Below are positions 1 through 12,779 of a stretch of 64,000 bases of DNA, piece by piece. Origin of the DNA: Camelus dromedarius (Eukaryota); assembly GCF_036321535.1 (NCBI RefSeq), contig NC_087450.1, positions 50,902,001-50,966,000 on the forward strand, given 5' to 3'. The notes beneath the pieces are model-generated. The model was given only the letters and a program-made list of their open reading frames with translations. It was not told the DNA's origin and ran no database searches. Within the stretch, counting starts at the first letter, position 1; every line of letters starts with the position of its first letter. The position numbers and the translations under genes are program-made.

Positions 1-1270
1 GTTATTTTATCTTTGTGTAAAGTCAGGCACATTTGAGCATGTTTAAGTACTGATGCCAAAGAATCAATAGCAAGACAGAGGAGTTGGAGACAAGAGAGGG
101 AGTAGATAATAACAAGACTTCTAAGGAAGAAGCAGACAGGAGGAAGAATAAGTGGGATCCTTAGCCTTGGGCAAGAAGGAGATCTCCCATTTGAGGAGCG
201 GGAGAAGGGAAGGAGGCAGAGGGGACAGTTGGTGGCAAGCATCTTACAAAACTCCTGTCCAGCGAGGGCATGAGGTCATCTCCCTGGAGCCAGAGGTGAA
301 AGAGTGTCGGGGCCGAGTCGGAGGTTTGAGAGCGGAGAAGATTTGAGCCAGCTCTCTGGGAAAATGAGAACAGTATTGGGTTAGTTGGTGGCCAGACACT
401 TACAGTGACTCCAAACCTAGGGTTGAGTTAATTTCTTCTGTAGGGTTCGGCTGCCCAGAGTTAGGCTCAGGAAATTAATCAGTCAAAAAGAATCCAGGGT
501 TGCAGTTTTGTTGGGGGAATGTGGTGAAACATCAAAGGCACAAGGGTTTGATTTGAGGACATTGGCAAGAGCGGGATTTTGGTATTAAACCATGAAATTT
601 CAGGTGGGCAGGGGAGGAAGTGAAGAGTAGAAGGAAGAGAGAGAGAGAGAGAAAGTCAAAGAAATGAGGGCAGACGTTATCTACATGGCTGAAGAATGCA
701 TACAGTAGGAGGAGCATGTTGGTATAACAGTAGTGCATACAAATGAATGAGCTGAAAGCATTCAAGATTGTGGTCAGAAATCAGGGTGACTGAATTCAAG
801 ATTTCAGAGTTGAAGGAGTATGGATGAAGACAAGTTCTACAGTGTAATAATAGGAATGATGATTAAGGTGGAGTGGAGGTACAGGTCACTGTTGATTGGA
901 AGGTCAAGGAAGTTAGAAGCCCAGGTGCTGGGTGCAGATGTTGAGGTCACCTAGGGACTTTGGTTGGTGGAGATAATTATTCACCTGATGCTGAAGTTTT
1001 TGATGAATGAACAGTGGTAGGGAGTGGTAGTGAGTATATTGCTTGAAGGCATAAGCCTTCGAAGAGCTGGGATTTGCACAGAGTGAAGAAACATTGCTTT
1101 GCAAGAGCTGGAGATCAAGGAAGATGTCAGCTTCACCTCTTGATCTTGAAGATAAGCAGCTTCCTCTGGAGGATGCAGCAGGGGAAGTACAGTTCTTAGG
1201 GATGGAGAACCATGTGCCCCACGACAGTTCCCAGATGACCACAGCCTTGGGATTAGACACATTGAATAAC
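1..1270 (-). mobile_element. LINE-2 fossil including the ORF2 APE-endonuclease region
   Basis: Minus strand encodes degenerate L2 endonuclease motifs: LGDLNI (937-954, cf. LGDFNI), SDH (770-778) and TSPAASSRG (cf. TASPAALSSG). The purine-rich plus strand is typical of antisense L2. Stops and frameshifts are present. Confidence 0.75.
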
Positions 1271-2169
1271 AAGTCTAGCCAAGTGTGGTCAGCCCTTTGA
1301 ACATCTGCCATGAATACACTGTTCCCTGCACCTGCCTGATATCTCCTCTGTGCTCTTGCCAGTGGCCAGGCCCCCCAGAAGTCCCTGCACAATGTTCATA
1401 AAATGTCCTACATGTTTGATGTCCCTGAAAGAAGAGGGAACACATAATCATGATTTTAAAATAAACAGCAGAAGACAAGAGTATTTCGGTTCTTGGCTCT
1501 ACCCTGTGCTGGTGAAGTCATCTCTTTGAGCAGACTCTTGCCACGGTGCACTTGGAGGCCTTTGAGGTTTGGCAACAACTGGGCTTTGTCGACAGAAGGC
1601 TGGGCCTGTTCACAGATGACAACCTGCATTGCAACCACAGTCATGACAAGGAGGCTGGGGCAAGACCTTGAGCTGCAGAGCTCCACTGTGGGCTTTCTCC
1701 TTGCTGATCTGACTCTCTGTCTTCCTGTCTTTTCTCTCTTTGGGGGATGGGACAGAGCAACTCCACTATCAACCAGAGAGGCACTTCAGTGGATTTGCCA
1801 TCCAACACGGGCCGAATATGCTGAGTGTTGGTGGTTCCTAAGGATTATTCAAACATATACACAAAGGCAAAGGGCTGGGTTCCAGTGCCAAGACTAAACT
1901 TTTGAATGTACATCACCCTTAAAAAGCAGGAGCCTTGGAAGGGGGTGATCATGCAGATGGCTCCCACTATGCCTCAGTGAGAGCTTTGGGAGTCAAGGGG
2001 AAGAGACTGGGAAGGGAAAAGTATAGAGGCAAAGGCACAGTGTCACATAAGATATGTAATCAGTGTCTTATTGTCCCCAGAGCTTAGATCATTGCTCCTG
2101 GAGGGAAGGTTGCATTATCTGTGGGCTATTTAGGAGTATATGGATATCAGAATCACAATCACAAAATGT

Positions 2170-2900
2170 AACATGTACGTTTTATTTAACAAAACTAAAA
2201 AGCATCTGCCTTGTGAAAATCAGATTAGGATTTAAAGCCAGATGACAAACCGGGAAAGATATTTGCAGCATTTCCAGTAGGGTTAATAAGCCCGATGTTT
2301 ACAACACACTTAAAAAGCAAAAGAAGAAAGAAAAACAACCCACATAGACAAATGGGCAGATAGACTGAATAGGCAATTTACAAAAAGAAGAAATAAAGTG
2401 GTCAACATATAAAAAGATGTTCAAACTTGTTAATGATGAAAAAATCCTAATTCATAATTGAGATATCATGTTTTGCCTATTAGTGAAGGTAAATAAATTG
2501 GGTGAAAAATAGTAAGTTTTAGTTAAAGTTTTGAGAAATGTTTCATTCAGAAGAGTATAAATTAGTACAACCTGTTTGTAAGGCAGCTTGACAAGTTTCA
2601 GAACATAAAATGCCTATATCCTTTGATCCAGCAATCCTACTTTGAAAAATTTACCGTAAGAAGGAAGCTGTTCACATGGGGAAAGTTGTATTAGGATGCA
2701 CTGGTATATTCATTAATTTCTGATTAATGGAAAACTGGAAAAACCTCTAATGTCCATTATTAAGGGGCCACTTAACTGAAGTATGGGTCATACTACAGAT
2801 GAAAACTATGTGGTCTTTATAAAATGATAAAGTACCTTCAAATCAGTTGGAAAAAAAGATATTCATGATATACTTTTGAGTGAAAAAAATAAAACAAGCC
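2170..2900 (+). mobile_element. Old L1 (L1M-type) ORF2 3'-end fragment
   Basis: aaatgggcaga..tgaataggcaatttacaaaaagaagaaata..aaaagatgttca and tttgatccagcaatcctact (about 2621-2640) match the recalled L1 ORF2 C-terminal consensus. Confidence 0.8.
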
Positions 2901-3329
2901 AAACCACCTCAATTAAGTAACCACTCTTCTAGGTGGAACTTGCTCCAATGTGGGCACTTCCGTTGACTGACAAAACCATCCCAGGATGCTGTGGTCCAGA
3001 GAGCAGCCAGTTAGAGGCATTTTTTAGGAAAAGTGGTGTCTCTAAAGTAGGTTCTCAGAGATCCAGGGACAGAGAGGATGCTGGGTGGTGTTGGGCTTTG
3101 ATGTACCTGTGGAAAGTGAAGTCCTGAGAGGGGTGAGTTGGGTGAGGAAACGCTGGCCCTTGACCTAGTTCATTCATTGTGGGAGCAAATACCGAGTGTG
3201 TCTCCTATGTTTTAGCCCTGTGGTTTTGGAAATACAGTGGTTTTAGGGGACCTTATAATATGTGTTTGCATAGTTTGTCTTTTTATTTTCTTTTAATTTC
3301 AACTATTTACAAATAAGTTGTTTTAAATT

Positions 3330-3720
3330 TATCTCCTGAAGACAGCACATCACTGAGACTTAAAAAATCCACTCTGTCTGGACCTTTAAATTGTAGTGTT
3401 TAATACACTGGTGTTCAGAGTGATTATGGATATAGTTGGATTCAGGTATGTCATTTTGCCATTTGTTTTGTATTCGTCACATCTGTTTTAAGTTCCACTT
3501 TTCTTCTATTTTTTCCTTGTTTTGGATTGATTGAATATACGTTAGTGTTCCATTTTGATTTCCTATTGAAATTTTAGCTATTATTTTAACACTTTGAGTT
3601 ATTATTTTAGTGGTTTCTCTAGGGAACACAATGTACATCTTCAGCTTATTGCTTTATAATTAGAGTTAAAAATGTATGACTTCTTAGAAAACGTAGGCCC
3701 CTTGCTCTAGCAAACTTATA
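3330..3720 (-). mobile_element. Old L1M fragment, antisense
   Basis: T-rich stretch (gtgattatggatatagttggattcagg..cattttgccatttgttttgtatt) resembles antisense L1ME/L1MD 3' sequence. Confidence 0.5.
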
Positions 3721-4018
3721 TTTATCTAGCTCCCTTTTCAGACAGAACATAAGCAACATCCACCTTTTAAGGGCAGCGTGCCAGTTACCCTTGCTTCCTG
3801 ATAAATAACAAAGCATGATGGGGCTCCAGGTCTTGAATAGTGATGGGAGAGATTCATCTGGTATACCATCCAGTTATGCTATGGCAAGTACCTCCACCTG
3901 TAAGATGTACAGAAAGACAGCCAGGCCACAGATCAGTGGGGCCACTGGAAAATGGGGGAAATTATGTGTTAACTGTAAGTGAAGCATGTGTGGAAGACAG
4001 AGGCTGCAAAGTCTGCTG

Positions 4019-6217
4019 TAGAGTGAATAAGAAGAAATCTGGATACTCTTTCTAGAAAAGTTTTGTCATTTATTTTTGGTTTCAATGATTAACTATTTAC
4101 TCTGTTGGTTTGGTAATAAGAAAACTTTTTTTGGTAACATACTCTGTAGCACTGAGTTCAAAAACTCTAAATACATGTTTAATACAAAATTAAGTATGAT
4201 TATTTTTCTTTCAAGAAAGTTAATGATTAATGAGTAACTTGCAAAAAGTGTTTGTTGATACCACAGGGGTAATTATACCACTAATTCCATGGAAACTAGA
4301 AGACACAAATGTGCCTGTTGAAGAGGTATCAGTCTCAAAAGTTTGTAGTTAAGTCTGTGCCCAAAGGTAATGATGATTAATAACTACAAAAGGTGTGTTT
4401 ACATGTCATTTTATGACTCATTTAGACCAAATGACTGTTCTACTAAGTTAATTCCACTCATTCTCAACTCCAAGTTTTCCTGGGCATGGATGGAAAGTGA
4501 AGTGATGGTAGTGGATGTGTTGGCTCTATCAGCAGAAGATTAACTTCTCCAAGAGTTGTATGAAGCCAGCATTGTATCAATGTTGCCAGATGCTTCAAAC
4601 AGAATACCCACTAAGTTAATTTTAATACTAGTTCAATTTTTCACCCAATTTATGGAATCAAAGTAAAGATTTTAGAAGTTAATTCTGTCAAAGATGAAAT
4701 AGCTGAAATGAATCCAATTGAATTTGTCAAGAAGTTGAACGTTGAATTTTTTTTTCGCACTGATAATAAAAATACAAATTTTGGTGGAATTGAGTGTTGT
4801 AGAAACAAATAATATTCTTACTAAACTAAGACATTTATAGACCAGGAATGTTCTTGGAGTTGCTTGGCTGTACACATAATTATTAATTGCGTTGCTCTAT
4901 CAACTGAATCACAAGCTGCATTTGTAAAAAGTGAAATAATTTTATACACGCTTAGAAAAACTGAACTACAAGCATTTTGTGACAAAACTGATTTTGAGTA
5001 CAAAATACATCATCATGGCGATATAGACTTTCTCCTTTTGCTGCCTATCATTAATCAGATTTTAGGAATCTTTGAACTTTTAAAGAACTATGTTGTGAAC
5101 CAAGTTAAAGGTCCTAAAATGTTGTTCAGGTTTTGTGTAAACAAACTCTCTAAGTTTTGGTTCATTTTGTTCAACACCAGCTGGAAATATTTAATCAAAA
5201 TTAAATGAAGGGTTCACCCTGCAACATCAGGTTTTCAATCTTTCAGTGAATTGCAGTGATTGAAAACAAAACCTGCATGCTTTATCGCTACCAAAGCAAG
5301 GGAGACATTTCTAGGAAAGCAAAGGAGGAGATGAAAAAAATGAAACAATGAGAACATAAATGATGCGCAACAGTTAATATGCAAATTTTATAAGAGGGTC
5401 TGGGATATCTTGGTTTAGGAAAGAGTCTTGTGATGGTGCTCATATGGTAATGAAGTGAATTTATATTCTGCTCTGCAATGGAACGAAATTGAGCAGACCT
5501 ATGATTTTGCAGCATCTAAGTGGTGAGCCATTCAGAAGAATCATAAATAGAGACAACTTATTTGACATGTTTTGTCAAGGAAAACTACTCTGAGGCAAAA
5601 GGAAAGCATCTGTGAAATTATTTGAAGTGAAATATTTACTCTTTTCAATGTGAAAAATAATTGAAATTGACAATAGCTTCTATTTAGCCAAATTTTCTCC
5701 AAGCTCACCAGATATCTCAGCACCAGGAGGCAGAATGTTGTCTCAATTAAAAAATTGTGATCTACACAGAAGGGTCAATTGAAAGAGTCAATAATCTCAA
5801 ATTTATTACTCATACCATGCAATGCTGAAGAAAACTGCAAGCAATTTTATGGAAAAAATCTAAAATGATAAGATCATATTGAAAAATTACATTCTTCAGA
5901 AAAATTCAGTAATACAATATTAAAGAGTGATATGTCTAAGAAACTGATTAAATTGTGTGAATATGGACCAAGAATAAATTATTTTGCTGATGTTATTTTT
6001 TAAAGTTCAGGTTATCAACATAAAGAAAATTTTTAAAATTTGATGTATACAGCTATAAATATATATATTATAGTTTTGGAAAACATTTTATTTTTGAGAT
6101 TAGCTTTTTGTGTAGAACAATTTTATGGTCCACCAATCAAACCAAATCAATTTGCTAATATATAAATATTTAAAAATTGCATAACTTTTATTATTTTTAG
6201 TTTTTTCTGTCACTCTC
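4019..6217 (+). mobile_element. hAT-superfamily DNA transposon fossil (Blackjack-like) with decayed transposase at about 4210-5912
   Basis: Frameshifted plus-strand translation gives VTCKKC..ETRRHK (Zn-finger-like, 4234-), DASNR (4589-4603), TDNKNTNFGG (4759-4788), AVHIIINC (about 4867-4890), ELQAFCD..LLLLPIINQILGIFELLKNY (ORF 4864-5208) and C-terminal SAPGGRMLSQLK (5717-). Ends are tentative: tagagtga at 4019 and tcactctc at 6210-6217. No TSD seen. Confidence 0.8.
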
Positions 6218-6299
6218 AAGTTTGTCTCAATTTGGACAGCACATTGCTATTACATTTGCCATTAGCATAAGTCACAAATATTCTGATTTTCCACCTTTT

Positions 6300-6680
6300 A
6301 GGCTGATGGTAGTTTTGTGTGTCCCTGCTCTTTTTGTAATTAGTCATGACTGTGTGACTTATTTTGGCCAATGAAATGTGAGCAGAAGTGGTGCGTGATG
6401 TTGCTAAGACCCAGTCCATGATTTATCTTCTTTCTCCTGCTGCCATTGTCATGGCAGCTCATGTCAAGGAGGAGCTTCTGTCAGCTTCTGTCAGGTTGCA
6501 GCTCTGAATGATGAAGGCCTGGAGCACAGCTCGTAGTGATGCTGGGTGAGAAATAAATGATGAAGTGTGAGGAATAAACACACACACACATTTGTGTGCA
6601 TAGATCTTTGTGGTGTTAAGCCACTGATATTTTGGGGTTATTTATTATTGTGGCAAAACTTAACCTACCTTAATTGCTAA
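6300..6680 (+). mobile_element. MaLR solo LTR (MLT1I/J-like)
   Basis: tgtgacttattttggccaatgaaatgtgagcagaagtg and the 3' end taagccactgatattttggggttatttattattgtggcaaaacttaacc match the recalled MLT1 consensus. Confidence 0.75.
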
Positions 6681-9502
6681 AGCTATGAAATAAATTAATC
6701 TATTGCTCAATTAATTTATACCTCCATTTGTTCTAAAAGGACTTAGGGCAGTTTATAAAGAGCAGGATAACATAAAAAGGTAGGGATTGAGTAAAGGGAA
6801 AATAGGGGTATAAAAATAAAGTCAGAGGGAAATTAGTCCTCAAAATGCATTCCTGTGTATTTCCTACTGATGAGTGGACATTTAGTCTGTGATCTTATCA
6901 GCCAGGGTAGATAGGGAAATCTGACCAGTAACAGCATGCATAATATAGCCACAAACAGTGTTTACAGTGTTTTACATATATCTGTATTATATGATGTTAT
7001 ATATATAACAGTACCTATAAGATGCTTGGGAAAAACTTTACATAGAAATGGGACAGTCTGTCAAATATTAGACAACTTTCCACCTGTAAATAAGAGTGTT
7101 TCCCACGGCTCTTTTTAATCTCGGTCTCAGTGCAAGCAGAGGACGTAATGACAGTGCTTCAATTCAGGAAAACAACAGGAGTTGATGGGAAACGTGATGG
7201 TCAAGAAAGCAGCCTGGATAAGTAGCTCTTGATTACCTGGCCTAGTCCAGCCTGAGCTTTGCAGAATCTCCAGCATGAGTGCATGTCCTTGGTCAGTCCT
7301 TCAAGAAGTATTTCTCTTTTCTTGAGGGCTCTTTGTATAAAAAATCGTATAAGAGGGATATTATTCTATTTTCTGGCAGGGTCCTAGAGCAGAATCACAT
7401 GTGGCTCTTACCCTCCAGAAGCTTCTACTCTAACAACCAGGCAAGATGTATAAATAAACAAACACCCACAGAGTGGACTGAGTTAAATGAGGAAAGACCT
7501 GTGCAAACAGCGGGCCCTGATAGCCCCCAGGGAGGGTGGCAGCTCTCCTGTGATGACCGAATCATGCCCCAAGAGGGACCTCATTGGCTTCAGGGGCCTG
7601 CGCCTTGGCCGCGGTTTAAGGTGTCTGGATGGTTGGCATCAGTGTCTCTGAATTGCTTCATGTCCAAGGACCATCAGAACATGCTGTATGGAGTGAAGCC
7701 ACAGGGTCAACCAGCTGACTGTGCCCGGGCAGCCCTGGTGCTCCAAGTGAGCTCAGAGAGAGGAACCCCAGCCAGGGCTGGATGAAGCCGGTGAACCAAT
7801 GACCCAAAGGCTGGAATGTTTGCAAAAGTCTATTTTTATTTCAGATAAAACTGGAAATGGAGCCACTTGGGGAGCCAACCTCCTGGAGATTAATGGTGAA
7901 GAGTGAGCTGAAGCTCACCGGGGAAGTATGTGGAGCTCTGAGCTCACCGATCCACGTCCCTGCAAAACAAAGCTCGGCCATGGAGGCTGGGAAAGAAGCA
8001 GCCAGTCTGGACCGAGCATGGTCGGCAGAGACCGGGCCCCTTTTCCATCCGTCTGTCTGTGTCTGCCATTCTTCATGAAGCGCCCAGCTGGTGTCTGGTC
8101 CTGTTCTCAGCTGGGAGGCTGGGGCAGGAGGAGTAGGCCCTGCTCTCCTGTCCAGAGGAAACCTACCAGCAGAACAGCACTGAGGAAAGCACCTGGCCCA
8201 TTACACTACAGTTTAGAGTCCAGGGTCTTGGGATATCCTCAGGTTGTTAACCCCGCAGCCAATAGAAAACCATGTTTTCCCTTCGGAAGCCTTTTCTTAG
8301 TTGGTCAGTTGAAGAGCAACTGATGGAGAGATCTGCGTGCCTGGCCCTGGGCTTAGTTTGTGCTGTTGGGGTGGGTGGGGAGTGAGAGGGAGCATCCAGT
8401 TCTCTGATGAGAACTAGAGCTGTGGTCCTGGAAGCAGAAACCCAGGCATCATTTAATCGCCAGAGGACTGGCTGCTCTCCATCATGACACAGACCAGGAC
8501 ATCCAGAGACCTTGCTGAGAGTCTCCCAGCTGATAAGAGGCAGATCTGACTCCAGATCTGTGCTGCTCCCCCCGCACCCGTGAGGGGCAACGCTTGCTCC
8601 ATCCATCATCAGAGTCCAGGAATCTGGGTGGTGGGGAGAGGTCCCTTCCCACTCAGGCCATTCTTGCACCAGCTCTCTTTCCTTCTCTCTCCTTCCTGGC
8701 CTTGTGGCTCCTTGGCCCTCCACCGAACACTTGTCAAGTAACCTTGGAGCCTGGAAGTTTCTGAGGCTCCCAGCAGAGAGGTCTGGAATTTGCTGGGGAA
8801 ATCTAGCGTCCCCCTGCCGCGAATGCCAGGTCTGTCTTCACCCCCCAAAAGAACAGGCCGGGCTCTGGATGTCCCTGGCTTATGGCCACATTGCTGCATA
8901 TGTCATGTTCACACTCCCCTCCCTGAGTCTGTCTGAACATCAGGACATGAGGAGACGGCTCTCAGTGGGACCTGCTGGCACGATGACCAATGTCTGGGGA
9001 AGCCAGTCAGTGACTTGGCGGGACAGGGAACCGTCGGAGCCCCGCAGTGAATGCCTTTCTGCACGAGCCCCTTCTGACAGCAGGGGTGTGGTTTGGGAGC
9101 CTGATGTGTTTACTTTGCAGGAAGATGTCAGTCACCTGGACCAGAGTGAGAAGCAAGAGGATTCCTACCAGTGTTTAGACTCTGACTTAGAGGTGCTTTT
9201 AGTCAGTGTGCCTGTCCCTTAGTAGTGACTCATTGAGAGATAATCAGCAGAAGGACCCACAGAAGTTTTTTCAAGGCATGATTGGTGATACCAACTTGGT
9301 ATTTAGTGAGGCTGGTGCTCTGTAATCTTTAACTGATCTCACGTGTGCCTCCTGTCCTCTCGAAGCAATCACACTGGGTCTGCCTTAAAACTCTGCTTCA
9401 TGTACATTCAAATGTCCGTTCAGATATTCTGAGAGAGCAAGACCCTGTCGAGAGCAGAACTAGGATCAGTCATTGGGCTGTAAGCTCCCAGCTCTTGCAG
9501 TG

Positions 9503-9740
9503 ATCATTCACTCTTTCATTTCACAAACACTTACTGAGTGATTTCTGCTCGTTTGGGGCTGGGCAGTAAGCTGCAAAGATGACACAGAAGTGATTCTGTC
9601 TTTGAGGCTCCAAGTAGGTGAGATGTGACATGTTTATAGAATACCCTAACACCCAGGAGGCCTGGGGATGCTGCAAGGGAGGAAGGATATGTTCCAAGGC
9701 AGTTCAGTGAGTCGGCACCTAGAAAGGCTTTCTGGAGGAG
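9503..9740 (-). mobile_element. LINE-2 3' fragment
   Basis: tcattcactctttcatttcacaaacacttactgagtg is the antisense L2 tail; runs to ggctttctggaggagg. Confidence 0.6.
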
Positions 9741-9744
9741 GTGT

Positions 9745-10014
9745 TGTGATGGTTAATTTCATGTGTCAACATGTCTGCACCATGGTACTCAGATGTTTGG
9801 TCAAACATTATTTTAGACGTTTCTGTGAAGGTATTTTTGGATGAGACTAACATTTAAATCAGAAGACTTTGAGGAAAGCAGATTCCTTCCAGGATGTGGG
9901 TGGGCCTCATCCCGTCATTAGAAGGCCTTAATAGAAAAAGATTGACCTCCCTGAAGTGAGAAGGAATTCTTCTAGCAGATGGTCTCTGGCCACAAACTGT
10001 AACTGTTCCCTGGA
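9745..10014 (+). mobile_element. MLT2 (ERVL) LTR, 5' part, running into a gap
   Basis: Begins tgtgatggttaatttcatgtgtcaac; contains ggatgagactaacatttaaatc and gatgtgggtgggcctcatcc. Confidence 0.85.
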
Positions 10015-10155
10015 NNNNNNNNNNNNNNNNNNNNNNNNNNNNNNNNNNNNNNNNNNNNNNNNNNNNNNNNNNNNNNNNNNNNNNNNNNNNNNNNNNNNNN
10101 NNNNNNNNNNNNNNNNNNNNNNNNNNNNNNNNNNNNNNNNNNNNNNNNNNNNNNN
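10015..10155. other. Sequence gap (141 N). Other gaps: 14128-14267, 37773-37928, 46606-46737, 50462-50593, 58669-58801
   Basis: Runs of N read directly from the sequence. Confidence 1.
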
Positions 10156-10699
10156 TGTCAACGCCTGAGGGTACATCGGAGTCATTGTGAGTTTATGTGA
10201 ATTCTGGTGCAGAGCGATTTCTGCGCAGGAGAATAGAACATTCTGGAGTATCAGGCTCTCACAGACCCAATTTGGGGTTTATGAAGAGAGCTCACAGGCC
10301 TTCTTTCAGGGAGTAGTAGAAAGTGGTTATCAAAGATAAAAGCTTTTCTCTAGGAAAGTGATGGCCTTGGTGGAAGAAAGGCTGGGGAAGCTGCTGGAAA
10401 TCCCAGAACTGTGGACAAGGCAGTTGTGAGTCCACATGAAAACAGTTAAAACAAAACCCAAAGTCAAGTGAGCAGGTGACTTTAAGACTTTAGAAATCTG
10501 AGCTCTTCCTAGTCCTGAGCCCCAGAGGAGCCAGAGACAACTATGTCAACTTGTTTTGGCCTTTGCTTTTCTAAAGTATATAATACTTTAAGTATGTAAT
10601 GTTAAAACAGCATAGTGTCTTTGCCCAGATTCCTAATTGTATTACAGATTTTTCAGCAGAAAAATTATAACAGAGAATGGAAAGTTTATTCATTGTTCA

Positions 10700-12530
10700 C
10701 TCCACTGAGCCTAGGTAGAAAGGAGATTCTGTGGGCGTTTGCCTGCCCAGATCATCTTTTGTGGTTTTGTGTGATTCCTACAACTTCCAGACTCTCTGAA
10801 AGCTAGTGGTATGCCTGAGAGCTAATGGTGGTCTTCTCTGATTTTATTCCATTCCATTCCATTCTCACAGTTCTATAAATGTCTACGTTTTTTGTATGAA
10901 ATTACTTTCTGCTTGATATACCTAGAACAATTTTCATTTTCCTGATTGGCTCCTGACTGATTCAGCACTTTTCACCACAAGAACTTTGAGAAAACAGACC
11001 TTTGAAGATGGGAAGATGGGTTGGTTATCCCTTCAGGTTAGGTTTGAGCCAGGGATGACCCTCTTGTCAATAGAAAGTGAAATACTGATAATGCATGGCT
11101 TATATTAACAAATGGTCTTTAGACACTTGAAGTTGCCTAGGGTTAAAGTGCTTATGGAGGGCAAAACTTTGGCAGATTAAATGGCTGCGGCTACAGGATA
11201 TTATGGTGGAAATGCAGTGTGAGGACTGCTGGGATATGGGCAGGTTGGCTATTTCTGATTGCACTGAAAAGAAAAAAATGAATAATCTCAGGGTCTTACC
11301 TTCTCAGCTCAGTTCATGGCCAGAGAATCAGGGTGCTTCTGTATTTGTCCTAAATGAATTACTTTTTATAAAGTTTGATTGTGAGGTCTTAGATAGTAGC
11401 ATAATACAATTCACGGCTGCACCAGATTTCTTATGGGCAAGTGGGGACATTGTTCAAGAAAGAGTGAGATCCGAGAATTGGGATGGGGACATTTGGGCAG
11501 ACTGAGCTGAATCGGAGTAGCTTCACCTACTCCTCCAATCTCTCTGTGCCTACTTTGCTGTCAGAAGCAGCCTTCCCCGTCACTGTATGAGGGGCCTTCT
11601 TTCTACTTGATTGAAGACCATATGGTGCTGAGTCTCTTTAAGGTGTATTCCCAGTACCCTCATTGCCTCCAGATCTATAACTAAGGCAGATCCTAGCATG
11701 ACTAAGGGGGATGAGAATGCGGTGAGACCCGGGAGGAGAAAGCATATGTACCAGAAGAATTACAAGGAGACAGACTAGGGAGGAATCCAACTATGTAATG
11801 TTGGATTGGGCCGGATTTATCAAGATGTATGTATTAACCAGAGATTCTTGATTTAATATGTTAGTTTGAGCGGCTCAGAGTGACTACAGCAATTTATTTT
11901 CTTTTTGACTTAAACCTGGACTCAGTGGTGGCCTGTGCTAAATGAAACTGAGATATCAGGACTTCCTTGGTATAATGCAGACAAAGAAAGCGAAAGGCTA
12001 AAAGAGACTGGAATGTTGGGATGGGTTTATCATGTGCAACCTAGTCACGCAACACCTTATGGGAGGGGTTGCCTAACGGCAGTATTTTTACAAAGTCATT
12101 GAGAAATATATTGCTGATAGAAGTATCAGTGGCTTTGAAAAGCTTTGTGATGGTTATTCTCTGCAGGCAGGGGTTGATGGGGGGCAGACACTGCCATTGT
12201 GAAGGTTTTCTTCATTTCACTGGGGACAATAGGATCCCGGAGTGGTAAATGCCAAAGGTCAGTATTTAACCTCTAGAAACAAGGTGATTGTGGTTAATGA
12301 AGCCCACAGCAGGACTAGAGTAGTAATCGGAATCCCATTGTGTCTAATTATCAAGACATCCCTAGGGGTGACTAGGTGGGTAGCCAATGAGAGCTTTACT
12401 TGATCTATGTAACTGGGAGAGATTTTAGATCTAATGAACAAAGCCCCGAATTGGTTGGGGCAGCACAAATGGAAAGTCATAGTCTCTCACTCAATTTCCA
12501 GACCATGGGAACTGTAGTTTTTTGAAGTGA
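10700..12530 (+). mobile_element. ERVL/MaLR-class relic: LTR 3' end (to about 10964) plus gag-like internal region
   Basis: LTR-end motif cctgactgattca (10952-10964); gag-like peptides ENWDGDIWAD (11473-11502), WPVLNETEISGLPWYN (11929-11976) and ERLKETGMLGWVYHV; many stops and frameshifts. Confidence 0.75.
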
Positions 12531-12779
12531 ATGGTGATGATACCACTTGGGCACCACCCTCCCACCGAGGAGTAGCACACCTGAACTGCAGGTGGAACGT
12601 GTGTAGCGAACTCATTTTGGATTTGCAAAGCCAGGCCTTTAGAGTGTCCTCTGACTCTGTAGAGCCAGTGCTGGGCACAGATGAGAGCCTGGTGATGCTC
12701 GGGCCCTAAACGTGGCCACATTTATGGGTCCATGAGAATGATTGTTAACTCCTGGAAGTTTCTTGGTGGTGATCTCATC

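Noticed and set aside
4864-5208. 114-aa ORF as a host gene
   Set aside because: It is a fragment of the dead hAT transposase, with stops and frameshifts on both sides.
6700-6900. Possible L4/RTE-X LINE fragment
   Set aside because: Only a short remembered motif (tgttctaaaaggacttagggcagtt) matches, which is not enough to call.
11203-11505. 100-aa ORF as a gene
   Set aside because: Decayed ERVL/MaLR gag fragment.
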